42,532 nt of DNA. Origin: Ginsengibacter sp. GTDB taxonomy: Bacteria; Bacteroidota; Bacteroidia; Chitinophagales; Chitinophagaceae. A program made the translations under genes and the position numbers. A model generated the notes under the pieces. The model did not search any database. It was given only the letters and a program-made list of their open reading frames with translations, and was not told the origin of the DNA. Shown here piece by piece: positions 9,923 through 19,357 of this stretch (its first letter is position 1; each line of letters begins with the position of its first letter). The stretch spans positions 1 to 42,532 of the forward strand of contig JBDTXP010000001.1 of the NCBI GenBank assembly GCA_040006135.1, read 5' to 3'.

Positions 9923-10102
9923 ATGTACCGGAGCCATTCCATATCAGTATTCAAACGATTAAGCGTTTATCCACCTTATGTATTTAAGGCAGGTAAAGCT
10001 TTTTCTGTATTAAAGAACTTGGTATCCGTGTTTTTTTACGATCTCACCGTCTTTAAGAATTTGTCCCCTTGCACAATTAAGTGTTACCGGGGAATTCATT
10101 AA
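9923..10102 (+). CDS. Possible small ORF (59 aa) upstream of rnk; not in the supplied track
   Basis: My translation: MYRSHSISVFKRLSVYPPYVFKAGKAFSVLKNLVSVFFYDLTVFKNLSPCTIKCYRGIH*; A-run before the ATG; no homology recognised. Confidence 0.25.
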   Translation: MYRSHSISVFKRLSVYPPYVFKAGKAFSVLKNLVSVFFYDLTVFKNLSPCTIKCYRGIH

Positions 10103-10192
10103 CCTCTTTTTACATTTTGTTTTATCAATTAGTAAAGATCGAAATCTTTACTTCAATATTTTTTTACCCAATTCATATTTAAATATCAAAAC

Positions 10193-10612
10193 ATGAAATC
10201 AGCAACACCACCAGCAATTAATCAAAACGACAGCGTAGTTATTTTAAAAAAAGACTATGATATTTTAAGCGGCCTGCTTTCAAATATGCAGGGAATGCAG
10301 GTAAATGAAAAAGAAAACTTCAGAAAACTCCAGGGAGAACTTTCCAAAGCAAAAATTGTAGATGAAACAAACATGCCGGATGATATAGTCCGCCTCCATT
10401 CTTTGGTAACAATCATGGACCTGGAAACAAAAAAAGAAATGAAATTAACCTTAGTATTACCTGGAGAGGCTGATATTAAAGAAAAAAAAGTTTCTATCCT
10501 GGCACCTATTGGAACAGCCTTAATCGGATTTAAAAAAGGAAAAAAAGTTTCATGGGAAGTACCCGCCGGCAAGAAAGATTTTGAAATAACTGATGTACTT
10601 AACAATCAATAA
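10193..10612 (+). CDS. rnk: Rnk-like GreA/GreB family RNA polymerase-binding factor
   Basis: Short N-terminal coiled coil; PDDIVRLHS, LVLPGEAD, VSILAPIGTALIG, WEVPAG. Confidence 0.85.
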   Translation: MKSATPPAINQNDSVVILKKDYDILSGLLSNMQGMQVNEKENFRKLQGELSKAKIVDETNMPDDIVRLHSLVTIMDLETKKEMKLTLVLPGEADIKEKKVSILAPIGTALIGFKKGKKVSWEVPAGKKDFEITDVLNNQ

Positions 10613-10619
10613 AACTGAC

Positions 10620-11099
10620 ATGAATCTCTATCTCCTCATATTTATTTTTCTTGCTATCCTGGTGGTAATTGTTTTTGCTACCTGGATGTATTTGAGCAAC
10701 CGAAAAGCCAGGCTTAAAAATATTTTAAAGAATAAATTTTACGGCCTGTCTGAGCGTAACGATTTGTACCTGAATAAATCTCAAACCCTGAATGGCAATA
10801 TGATCGGGATAGACAGGCGCAAGTTGAAAATATTATTCCTCAATCGTAATGATGGAGCAGAGGAGGTTATTGTATTAGATCTCAGGAACGTAGTGGAATG
10901 TGGTGTTCAGAATGAAATTAATCCGACAAATGGATTTATCAAAAATATAAATCTTCGTTGCATAATGAGAAAACATGGGGAAATAGAATTATTCCCTTTT
11001 TATAAAGAGAACTTTGATCCATTGAATAAGAAAATGAGATTATCCAAAAAGGCATCTTACTGGGAGAAGACGATCAATTTATATAAAAATCAAAAATAA
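10620..11099 (+). CDS. Hypothetical membrane-anchored protein
   Basis: Single N-terminal TM helix followed by a soluble beta-rich domain; ATG 7 nt after the rnk stop. Confidence 0.65.
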   Translation: MNLYLLIFIFLAILVVIVFATWMYLSNRKARLKNILKNKFYGLSERNDLYLNKSQTLNGNMIGIDRRKLKILFLNRNDGAEEVIVLDLRNVVECGVQNEINPTNGFIKNINLRCIMRKHGEIELFPFYKENFDPLNKKMRLSKKASYWEKTINLYKNQK

Positions 11100-11112
11100 A
11101 ATTACAGCAGAT

Positions 11113-11985
11113 TTATTTGTTGAAAACCTTTGCCATTGTAATTCCAATATTTGCAGGGCTTTCTACAACATTTACTCCGCACTCGGCCAAAATTTTCATT
11201 TTTGCGGCAGCCGTGTCTTCAGCTCCACCAACAATAGCACCTGCATGACCCATCCTGCGGCCCGCAGGAGCCGTTTGCCCTGCAATAAATCCTACTACAG
11301 GTTTAGTGCCGTGTTCTTTAATCCAATATGCAGCCTCAGCTTCCATACCTCCGCCTATTTCCCCAATCATCACAATCCCTTCTGTTTCTTTATCATTCAT
11401 AAATAATTCCACCGCTTCACGGGTAGTGGTACCAATGATAGGATCACCACCAATTCCTATCGCTGTTGAAATACCCAGACCTGCTTTTGCAACCTGGTCA
11501 GCAGCTTCGTATGTAAGTGTGCCTGATTTAGAAACAATACCTATTTTGCCTTTCTTAAAAATAAAACCTGGCATAATTCCCACTTTACATTCACCCGCAG
11601 TGATTATTCCCGGGCAGTTAGGCCCGATAAGTCTTGAATCTGAATCAAGTAAATAATTTTTCACCTTCACCATATCCTGCACAGGAATGCCTTCGGTAAT
11701 ACAAACTATTAAACGAATATTTGCTTCAGCAGCTTCCATAATTGCATCTGCTGCAAAGGCCGGGGGAACGAAAATAATGCTCACATCAGCACCGGTTTGC
11801 TTCACTGCCTCATCAACTGTATTAAACACAGGGCGATCTAAATGTGTAGTTCCACCTTTATTTGGAGTAACACCTCCCACGACTTTGGTACCATATTCAA
11901 TCATTTGAGTAGCATGAAAAGTGCCCTCAGTTCCAGTAAAACCCTGAACAAGAATTTTGGATTGCGCATCTACTAATATTGCCAT
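11113..11985 (-). CDS. sucD: Succinyl-CoA synthetase subunit alpha
   Basis: [29 protein letters not shown] with phospho-His. Confidence 0.98.
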   Translation of the reverse strand: MAILVDAQSKILVQGFTGTEGTFHATQMIEYGTKVVGGVTPNKGGTTHLDRPVFNTVDEAVKQTGADVSIIFVPPAFAADAIMEAAEANIRLIVCITEGIPVQDMVKVKNYLLDSDSRLIGPNCPGIITAGECKVGIMPGFIFKKGKIGIVSKSGTLTYEAADQVAKAGLGISTAIGIGGDPIIGTTTREAVELFMNDKETEGIVMIGEIGGGMEAEAAYWIKEHGTKPVVGFIAGQTAPAGRRMGHAGAIVGGAEDTAAAKMKILAECGVNVVESPANIGITMAKVFNK

Positions 11986-12008
11986 AAAATTTTATTTATT
12001 AAGATGCG

Positions 12009-12016
12009 CAAATATA
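12009..12016 (-). promoter_or_regulatory. -7 promoter element for sucD
   Basis: TATATTTG on the minus strand, 23 nt before the ATG. Confidence 0.6.
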
Positions 12017-12055
12017 GTAAAGTATGAGTTGAGCATAAGAAATAGAGAATTTTTA

Positions 12056-12111
12056 ATGGTTGGTGAGGACACCAACCATGGCGGTTCGCGGCGGTTGGTG
12101 TACCACCAGCC
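12056..12111. repeat. REP-like doublet (two GGTTGGTG-loop-CACCARCC palindromes)
   Basis: ATGGTTGGTG-AGGA-CACCAACCAT (12056-12079) and GGTTGGTG-TAC-CACCAGCC (12093-12111); GC-rich island in an AT-rich spacer. Confidence 0.7.
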
Positions 12112-12180
12112 ACGAGAGAGATGCGAAAAATGCATCAATGCAATGTAATTATGAAATAGGGAATTAAGTAACTTGCGCGC

Positions 12181-12993
12181 ATGCAGGAATATCTCCATCT
12201 TTTAAAAAAAATAATAGACGACGGTGCACAAAAGAGCGACCGAACAGGCACAGGAACCCGAAGTATTTTTGGACACCAAATGCGTTTTGATTTGCAGGCG
12301 GGATTTCCTATGGTCACCACAAAAAAGCTGCATTTAAAAAGTATTATTTATGAATTGCTCTGGTTTTTAAAAGGAGATACCAATATCAAATACCTGAATG
12401 AACATGGTGTAAAGATCTGGGATGAATGGGCTGATGAAAATGGTGACCTCGGTCCTGTGTATGGAAAGCAATGGCGTAAATGGGAAGGTGCTGATGGAAG
12501 TATTACAGACCAGGTAAGCCAATTAATAGATCAGTTAAAAAATAATCCTGATAGCAGGCGAATGGTTATCAGTGCATGGAATGTAGGCGATTTGCCTAAA
12601 ATGAAATTGATGCCCTGTCATTGTCTTTTTCAATTTTATACTTCCCCCGGTAACGATGGGAAGAAAAGAAAATTATCCTGCCAGCTTTACCAACGCAGCG
12701 CTGATGTATTCCTGGGAGTTCCCTTCAATATTGCTTCTTACGCATTACTCACATTAATGGTCGCACAAGTATGCGATATGGAGCCCGGCGATTTTGTCCA
12801 TTCATTTGGTGATGTTCATCTTTACAATAATCATATGGAACAGGCGACGCTTCAACTTTCACGTGATCCTTTTGCTTTGCCCCAAATGAAACTAAATTCG
12901 GAAGTCAAAAATATCTTTGATTTTGATTTTGGTGATTTTGAATTAATAAATTACCAAAGCCATCCTTCAATAAAAGCAGCCGTAGCTGTGTAA
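12181..12993 (+). CDS. thyA: Thymidylate synthase
   Basis: [37 protein letters not shown]. Confidence 0.98.
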   Translation: MQEYLHLLKKIIDDGAQKSDRTGTGTRSIFGHQMRFDLQAGFPMVTTKKLHLKSIIYELLWFLKGDTNIKYLNEHGVKIWDEWADENGDLGPVYGKQWRKWEGADGSITDQVSQLIDQLKNNPDSRRMVISAWNVGDLPKMKLMPCHCLFQFYTSPGNDGKKRKLSCQLYQRSADVFLGVPFNIASYALLTLMVAQVCDMEPGDFVHSFGDVHLYNNHMEQATLQLSRDPFALPQMKLNSEVKNIFDFDFGDFELINYQSHPSIKAAVAV

Positions 12994-13005
12994 TAAAAAA
13001 TAATT

Positions 13006-13497
13006 ATGATACTGTGCCATATCGTTGCTGCATCGGAAAATAATGTGATAGGAGCTAATAATGAACTCCCCTGGAAACTATCGACTGATTTCAGATATTT
13101 TAAAAACAAGACCTGGGGCATGCCGGTGATCATGGGGAGAAAAACTTTCAATTCATTAAAAAAAGATTTACCAGGGAGAATAAATATCGTATTGACCAGT
13201 AAAAAGGACTGGAATGCTGTAAATGTTACTGTTGTGAGTGAAGTGGAAGATGCTATTACCCAGGCAAAGGAATCTGATGCAAAAGAAATCTTTATTATTG
13301 GCGGCGGACAGGTTTTTAAACAAACGATGGATATTGTAAACAGGATTTACCTTACAAGGGTTCATACTGTTGTTGAAGGTGATACTTATTATCCTCAAAT
13401 AAATGAAAATGATTGGAAACTAGTGAGCTCGATTGATCATTCGGCAGATGAAAAAAATAATTACTCTTTCACCTTTGAAGTCTGGGAAAAAAAATAA
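13006..13497 (+). CDS. folA: Dihydrofolate reductase
   Basis: IG..NELPW, IMGRKTF, LPGRINIVL, IIGGG; directly follows thyA. Confidence 0.96.
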   Translation: MILCHIVAASENNVIGANNELPWKLSTDFRYFKNKTWGMPVIMGRKTFNSLKKDLPGRINIVLTSKKDWNAVNVTVVSEVEDAITQAKESDAKEIFIIGGGQVFKQTMDIVNRIYLTRVHTVVEGDTYYPQINENDWKLVSSIDHSADEKNNYSFTFEVWEKK

Positions 13498-13502
13498 CTG
13501 CT

Positions 13503-14300
13503 ATGTACTCCCGGCTTCAATTAGCAAAAAAATATATTTACTATTTCTTCACGGCAGCTAATGGTAAGGGCCATGGTACTCATTCGCCATTTGTTTATAA
13601 ATTCATCACAGATATTTTAAATGACAGTAAAAAATATCCTGAGTATGAAACAATTGAACATTTACGCAAAAAACTTTTGCAGGAAAAAACGTCAATTGAA
13701 GTGCAGGATTATGGTGCGGGTTCCCGTACTATTTCAACCAAAAATAGATTTGTAAACGACATAGCAGGAAGCTCCTTGAAGCCGCGAAAATTTGCACAGT
13801 TGCTATTTAGAATGGTTCGATATTTTGAATCAAAAAATATACTAGAACTTGGGACTTCTCTCGGCATCACCACTTGCTATCTCGCGTCTGCAATAAAAAA
13901 AAGCAAAGTAATAACTCTTGAAGGCTCGCCTTCAATTGCAGCAATTGCGGGGAAAAATTTTCAAAAGGTCAACCTGGGAAATATTGAATTGATCGAGGGT
14001 AATTTTGATAACACAATACACAGTGCGCTGTCTATAATAGATTCTGTAGATCTTGCTTTTGTAGATGGAAACCATACCAAAAAAGCGACATTAAATTATT
14101 TCTCTGCACTTCTAAAAAAATGTGATGAGAAAAGTATTTTCGTTTTCGATGACATACATTGGAGTGAGGAAATGGAGCAGGCATGGGACCAAATAAAAAA
14201 TAATGTGGACGTTACGTTAACAATAGACTTATTTTTTATCGGTATCGTATTTTTTAATAAAGATTTTAAAGTAAAACAACATTTTACCATCAGGTTTTAA
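13503..14300 (+). CDS. Class I SAM-dependent (O-)methyltransferase
   Basis: ILELGTSLG, FVDGNH, FDDIHWS; N-terminal GHGTHSPFVY. Confidence 0.88.
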   Translation: MYSRLQLAKKYIYYFFTAANGKGHGTHSPFVYKFITDILNDSKKYPEYETIEHLRKKLLQEKTSIEVQDYGAGSRTISTKNRFVNDIAGSSLKPRKFAQLLFRMVRYFESKNILELGTSLGITTCYLASAIKKSKVITLEGSPSIAAIAGKNFQKVNLGNIELIEGNFDNTIHSALSIIDSVDLAFVDGNHTKKATLNYFSALLKKCDEKSIFVFDDIHWSEEMEQAWDQIKNNVDVTLTIDLFFIGIVFFNKDFKVKQHFTIRF

Positions 14301-14332
14301 AATTTTGATATCTTACAACTTTTAAAAGTATT

Positions 14333-15418
14333 ATGACAATAGGAGTATTGAAAGAAGCATTCCCTGAAACGCGCGTTGCATTATTACCGGAGCAGATAGC
14401 TTCTTTAAAAAAACTTTCCATTGATTTTTTAGTAGAGAATAATGCTGGAGAAAAAGCTTTCGTTGCTGATGCAGTATACGAAGCTGCAGGTGCGGCTATT
14501 GCCTCACGTCAACAGGTAATTGCACGATCTAAAGTTATTCTTTGCGTTCAATTACCGGATGAAAGCGATTTCAGTTTATTAAAATCAAAAACAATTATTG
14601 GATATTTTCAGCCACTCTACCGGCAGGATATGATGGAGAAATTAAAACAAATAGGTGTTACCGTTTGCAGTCTTGATATGCTTCCCCGGAGTACACGTGC
14701 GCAAACGATGGATATTTTGAGTAGCCAGGCGAATATTGCAGGTTATAAAGCGGTGCTACAGGCAGCCAATTTATTACCGCACTATTTTCCGATGCTAATG
14801 ACTGCTGCAGGAAGCATACCACCCGCAAAAGTATTGATATTAGGAGCTGGAGTTGCAGGTCTACAGGCTATTGCAACTGCACGAAGACTTGGTGGTGTAG
14901 TGGAAGTATTTGATACGCGACCTTCTGTAAAGGAAGAGGTGATGAGCCTCGGTGCAAAATTTATTGAGGTAGAAGGTGCAGCAGACGCAAGTGGCGCAGG
15001 CGGATATGCTGTTGAGCAAAATGAGCAGTTTTTGGAACGGCAGAAAAGTAAAATAGCAGAAAGTGTTGCCAAATCCGATGTAGTAATTACAACCGCACAG
15101 ATCTTTGGAAAACAAGCACCGATCCTTATTTCGGAGGCGATGATTGAAAGTATGAAAAAAGGAAGCGTGATTGTAGATCTTGCTGCGGCTACAGGTGGCA
15201 ATACTCCTCTCACTCAAAATAATGAAACAGTAATTTATAATGGTGTAAGAATCATTGGTGATAGCCATCTCGCAACTTCTATGCCTTATGATGCGAGTAA
15301 GATGTATGGAAAAAATATTTCTAATTTTTTGCAACTAATAATTAATAAAGAAGGGGAATTGCAACTTGATTTTAATGATGAGCTCATTAAAGGTGCTTGC
15401 GTGGTAACACCTGATTAA
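14333..15418 (+). CDS. pntAA: NAD(P) transhydrogenase subunit alpha part 1 (domain I)
   Basis: ETRVA, RAQTMDILSSQANIAGY, GAGVAG, GGYA, DLAAATGGN. Confidence 0.95.
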   Translation: MTIGVLKEAFPETRVALLPEQIASLKKLSIDFLVENNAGEKAFVADAVYEAAGAAIASRQQVIARSKVILCVQLPDESDFSLLKSKTIIGYFQPLYRQDMMEKLKQIGVTVCSLDMLPRSTRAQTMDILSSQANIAGYKAVLQAANLLPHYFPMLMTAAGSIPPAKVLILGAGVAGLQAIATARRLGGVVEVFDTRPSVKEEVMSLGAKFIEVEGAADASGAGGYAVEQNEQFLERQKSKIAESVAKSDVVITTAQIFGKQAPILISEAMIESMKKGSVIVDLAAATGGNTPLTQNNETVIYNGVRIIGDSHLATSMPYDASKMYGKNISNFLQLIINKEGELQLDFNDELIKGACVVTPD

Positions 15419-15428
15419 ATAAATTTTT

Positions 15429-15758
15429 ATGAATGAATTAAGCCGTTTTTTCCAGGAAAATTTAGAGATGATCTATATTGTCATCCTGATGATTTTTTTA
15501 GGAATTGAAATCATTGGCAGGGTGCCATCTGTCTTGCACACGCCGTTAATGAGTGGTGCAAACGCTATTCATGGTGTAGTGATCATTGGCGCCATCATCG
15601 TAATGGGCAAAGCCGAGGAAGGTAATTACCTCATTTTATCATTAGGCTTTCTTGCTGTTATTTTAGGAACTCTTAATGTAGTTGGAGGTTTTGTAGTAAC
15701 AGACCGAATGTTGGAAATGTTTTCAAAAAAGAAAAAAAAACAGATCACTGAAAAGTAA
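15429..15758 (+). CDS. pntAB: NAD(P) transhydrogenase subunit alpha part 2 (membrane)
   Basis: LHTPLMSGANAI, NVVGGFVVTDRMLEMF. Confidence 0.95.
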   Translation: MNELSRFFQENLEMIYIVILMIFLGIEIIGRVPSVLHTPLMSGANAIHGVVIIGAIIVMGKAEEGNYLILSLGFLAVILGTLNVVGGFVVTDRMLEMFSKKKKKQITEK

Positions 15759-15778
15759 ATAAAAGATAATCCCGATAC

Positions 15779-17200
15779 ATGTTTTCATTTTTATCACTCT
15801 CCTATCTTATTGCTTCAGTTACATTTATACTGGGGTTGAAAATGCTTTCACATCCCGCAACGGCGCGTAGGGGAAATCTTATTGCTGCAGCAGGCATGGC
15901 CCTTGCCATTATTGCTACTATTTTTTTATATGAGGAAGATGGTAAAAAATTAAATAATTACATCTGGATATTTAGCGCAATAATCATTGGATCTATAATA
16001 GGAGTGCTCACTGCGAAGAAAGTGAAAATGACCGCAATGCCAGAGCTGGTAAGTTTCTTTAATGGAATGGGAGGAGCGTGTGCTGCACTAATTTCCATTA
16101 TTGAATTTTATTATTTATACAGCTCCCATCCTACGGCAGATAGTTTTTCCAATTTTGTAAGTGGCGGCCATTATCTCACGATTATTGCAGGGACAGTTAT
16201 CGGTTGTATTTCATTTGCAGGAAGTGTAATAGCATGGGGAAAGCTCAGTGGTAAGTTCAAAGATTTTGCTTTCAAGGGGCAACACATTTTTAATGGAATA
16301 ATTTTTCTTTTAATTCTGGTCGGAGCTGTAACAGTTTATTTTTATTATGGCACAGAGCAGCATATTATATTCTTTATTACAGTAGCGCTTGCATTACTTT
16401 ATGGTGTCTTTTTCGTTCTGCCGATTGGTGGTGCAGACATGCCGGTCGTGATTTCTTTACTGAATTCATTTACGGGTGTGGCAGCTGCCTGTGGTGGTTT
16501 TTTATATAATAATAAAGCAATGCTTACCGGTGGTATTTTAGTAGGCGCTGCCGGTACATTACTAACGATTCTGATGTGCAAAGCAATGAACCGGAGTTTG
16601 CTCAATGTTCTTATTGGATCATTTGGTGGAAGTGCAAAGGCATCCGAAAGTGGGGATTCAGAGCACGGTAATGTAAAGGAGATTTCTGTCGCCGATGCGG
16701 CTATGGTATTGGCTTACGCTAAAAAAGTAATGATCGTTCCGGGATATGGTTTGGCTGTAGCGCAAGCTCAGCACACCTGCCAGGAATTACAGAAAGCACT
16801 CCAGGAAAAAGGAGTAGATGTGCTTTATGCCATTCATCCCGTAGCAGGTCGTATGCCCGGACACATGAATGTATTACTCGCAGAAGCTGATGTAGATTAT
16901 GATTATTTATTGGAAATGGATGACGCTAATCAACAGTTAAAAACGACAGATGTAGCATTAATTCTCGGAGCTAATGATGTGGTTAACCCTGCAGCTAAAA
17001 CAAATCCGTCTTCACCTATTTATGGGATGCCTGTACTGGATGTGGAGCTTGCAAAAACGGTGATTGTAAATAAGCGGAGTATGAAACCGGGATATGCAGG
17101 TATTGAAAATGAATTATTTTATCAGCCTAATACATCCATGCTTTTTGGGGATGCTAAAAAAGTATTACAACAACTTTTAGCAGAGTTAAAAAATGTTTGA
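15779..17200 (+). CDS. pntB: NAD(P) transhydrogenase subunit beta
   Basis: MTAMPELV, GGADMPVVISLLNS, KAMNRS, HPVAGRMPGHMNVLLAEA, GANDVVNPAA. Confidence 0.97.
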   Translation: MFSFLSLSYLIASVTFILGLKMLSHPATARRGNLIAAAGMALAIIATIFLYEEDGKKLNNYIWIFSAIIIGSIIGVLTAKKVKMTAMPELVSFFNGMGGACAALISIIEFYYLYSSHPTADSFSNFVSGGHYLTIIAGTVIGCISFAGSVIAWGKLSGKFKDFAFKGQHIFNGIIFLLILVGAVTVYFYYGTEQHIIFFITVALALLYGVFFVLPIGGADMPVVISLLNSFTGVAAACGGFLYNNKAMLTGGILVGAAGTLLTILMCKAMNRSLLNVLIGSFGGSAKASESGDSEHGNVKEISVADAAMVLAYAKKVMIVPGYGLAVAQAQHTCQELQKALQEKGVDVLYAIHPVAGRMPGHMNVLLAEADVDYDYLLEMDDANQQLKTTDVALILGANDVVNPAAKTNPSSPIYGMPVLDVELAKTVIVNKRSMKPGYAGIENELFYQPNTSMLFGDAKKVLQQLLAELKNV

Positions 17201-17209
17201 TTAAAAATA

Positions 17210-17263
17210 ATTTCAGAACACAAATTTTATCCTAAACACAGATAAAATTATTGTAGCTGAAAT
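17210..17263. terminator. AT-rich stem-loop between convergent pntB and hepT
   Basis: ATTTCAG/CTGAAAT outer stem and AATTTTATC/GATAAAATT inner stem. Confidence 0.35.
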
Positions 17264-17336
17264 AAGATAATTCATCAACTCTAAATAGAAGTATAAACTT
17301 TTTTTTTGGGTTACTTCGCAGAGTAATTTAGGATTG

Positions 17337-17687
17337 TCAAAATTCATCCTTATTATCAAGCAACATAATAACCTTGTGTTTGAACGATGGTAAATTAAGA
17401 GTTATTATTTCCCATAACAAAACATAATCCAATCCTGAATAATCATGAATTATTTTATTGCGTAAATCTGCAGCCTCACGCCATTCAACTGCAGGATATT
17501 TATTTTTAAAATCAATGGTGATTTGATTAGCAGCTTCACCGATTATTTCAAGGTTTCTAACAACCGCGTCTTTAGTTTTCCTATCATTATAAAAATCTTT
17601 TTCATCTAAAGGTTTTAGATATTCCTCTATATAGTTTATAGAATCTATAATGTCAGTTAAAAGGAGAAAGTTATTGCGTTTAGACAT
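17337..17687 (-). CDS. hepT: HEPN (DUF86) ribonuclease toxin
   Basis: AVVRNLEIIGEAA and RNKIIHDY (RX4HXY); ATG 17687 overlaps the MNT stop. Confidence 0.9.
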   Translation of the reverse strand: MSKRNNFLLLTDIIDSINYIEEYLKPLDEKDFYNDRKTKDAVVRNLEIIGEAANQITIDFKNKYPAVEWREAADLRNKIIHDYSGLDYVLLWEIITLNLPSFKHKVIMLLDNKDEF

Positions 17688-17961
17688 ACAATAAATCGGG
17701 TTCAATTTCCTGAATGAATTCATCTCTCAAACCACGCTTAGAAATTAAATCAACCTTTGATTTCAATAAAGATTCAATCTCGTAATTCAAGTGTAAAAAC
17801 TTAAATCCCATTACCCCATTTATCTCTATAAGAATATCAACATCACTTTCTTCTGAATTTTCAAGTCTACTATGTGACCCAAAAATCGCCATACTCTTCA
17901 AAGGGTATTTGCTAAAAAGATCTGCTTTATTCTTTTTTAATATCGCAAGTATCTCGTTCAT
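17680..17961 (-). CDS. mntA: Minimal nucleotidyltransferase (MNT) antitoxin
   Basis: IFGSHSRLENSEESDVDIL fits GSX10DXD; KVDLI; ATG 17961 gives about 93 aa. Confidence 0.9.
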   Translation of the reverse strand: MNEILAILKKNKADLFSKYPLKSMAIFGSHSRLENSEESDVDILIEINGVMGFKFLHLNYEIESLLKSKVDLISKRGLRDEFIQEIEPDLLYV

Positions 17962-18103
17962 AAAATGTAAATTATAGAAGTTAATTGGTAAAATCAACAA
18001 TCGATAAAAAATTCCGAATTCAAAAAGGCTAATCATTTTAATTATAGTCAATTAAACTTTGAACCATGAAATAAATCGTGGTGACCAAAAAAGATAATGT
18101 AAT

Positions 18104-18781
18104 TTAAAATATATCTAGGTCTGGTCTTCTTTTCCTCGTCCTCTCCACAGCCTGTTCATAGCGCCATTCATCGATTTTAATCAGATCACCTGATAATAAT
18201 ATATCAGGGACTTTCCATCCTTGAAATTCCTGTGGACGTGTATAAACAGGCGGAGCTAACAAACCATCCTGGAACGAATCAGTTAGTGCAGACGTTTCAT
18301 CATTCAACACACCAGGAATTAAGCGCCCTATAGCATCCACTAAAACTGCAGCGGCAATTTCACCACCACTCAATACATAATCACCGATTGATATTTCTTT
18401 AGTAATGAAGTGATCACGAACTCTCTGATCAATTCCTTTGTAATGGCCGCAAATGAATAATAAATTATTCTTTAGTGATAAACTATTGGCCATTTTTTGA
18501 TTGAAATTTTCTCCATCAGGAGTCAGGAAAATTACTTCATCGTATTTTGTTTTTTGTCGAAGCGTTTCAATTGCGTTTACCAAAGGCTCTACCATCATTA
18601 CAAGGCCGGCACCACCACCAAATTGATAATCATCCACCTGGCCATGTTTGTAATTTGTATAATCCCTGAGGTTTATAGCATTCACCTCAAGCAATCCTTT
18701 TTCATGCGCTCTTTTTAAAATAGAATGCGCAAAAAAACTTTCCATTAATTGAGGAAGGACAGATATAATATCAATTTTCAT
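18104..18781 (-). CDS. trmD: tRNA (guanine37-N1)-methyltransferase
   Basis: [36 protein letters not shown]. Confidence 0.98.
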   Translation of the reverse strand: MKIDIISVLPQLMESFFAHSILKRAHEKGLLEVNAINLRDYTNYKHGQVDDYQFGGGAGLVMMVEPLVNAIETLRQKTKYDEVIFLTPDGENFNQKMANSLSLKNNLLFICGHYKGIDQRVRDHFITKEISIGDYVLSGGEIAAAVLVDAIGRLIPGVLNDETSALTDSFQDGLLAPPVYTRPQEFQGWKVPDILLSGDLIKIDEWRYEQAVERTRKRRPDLDIF

Positions 18782-18829
18782 TATTAAAGTTTAAAACATT
18801 TTTCATTATAGCAACAAAGTGGCTACTAA

Positions 18830-19216
18830 TCATTTTGAAAAAAAATCATCCAAATCTCTTTTTACTTTTTTTGTAGGTCTTCCTTTTTTACTTTTTCTTT
18901 TTCCGGTTGGAAATATGAAAGCGGCAGAATGAATACTTTCGGCAACTACTTCCGGAGATAAATCTAAATAATGTTTTATCGCTTCTTCATGACTTGTGCG
19001 TGTATGCAGTAAAGAAACTACTTTTATAACCCATTTTTTGTGTTCCGTTTTTATTTCATATTGATCACCTATTGCAATTGTTTTTGAAGGTTTCACATTG
19101 GTGCCGCTGCATTTCACCTTACCTGTTAGACATGCCTCCGAAGCAAGGCTTCTTGTTTTGAAAATACGTATGGACCAAAGAAATTTATCAATTCTTATCT
19201 TTTCTTGTTCTGCCAT
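18830..19216 (-). CDS. hslR: S4-domain RNA-binding protein (Hsp15)
   Basis: RIDKFLWSIRIFKTRSLA and C-terminal GRPTKK. Confidence 0.9.
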   Translation of the reverse strand: MAEQEKIRIDKFLWSIRIFKTRSLASEACLTGKVKCSGTNVKPSKTIAIGDQYEIKTEHKKWVIKVVSLLHTRTSHEEAIKHYLDLSPEVVAESIHSAAFIFPTGKRKSKKGRPTKKVKRDLDDFFSK

Positions 19217-19219
19217 TCG

Positions 19220-19227
19220 CAAATTTA
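19220..19227 (-). promoter_or_regulatory. -7 promoter element for hslR-trmD
   Basis: TAAATTTG on the minus strand, 3 nt before ATG 19216. Confidence 0.65.
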
Positions 19228-19357
19228 CCCGTATAATGCCGATATAACAGCCGTTTAGTTCAATGGAATTGGACTATCACGGATGTAGAATCGGTATAAT
19301 TTAGAAACGGTTAGGCAATTGTGCACTTTACGTATTTTTACCTCTAAATTTTTTTAT

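Noticed and set aside
11957-12320. Short ORFs across the sucD-thyA spacer
   Set aside because: They overlap real genes and promoters and stay open largely because of the GC-rich REP-like doublet.
15725-15740. A-rich tract at the end of pntAB as a frameshift or phase-variation site
   Set aside because: Encodes a terminal poly-Lys after the conserved RMLEMF; both flanking genes are complete.
19249-19313. tRNA-like appearance (acceptor-like stem plus TAGTTCAATGG D-arm-like segment)
   Set aside because: About 9 nt too short, with no TTCG T-arm and no proper anticodon stem; reported only as a hairpin.
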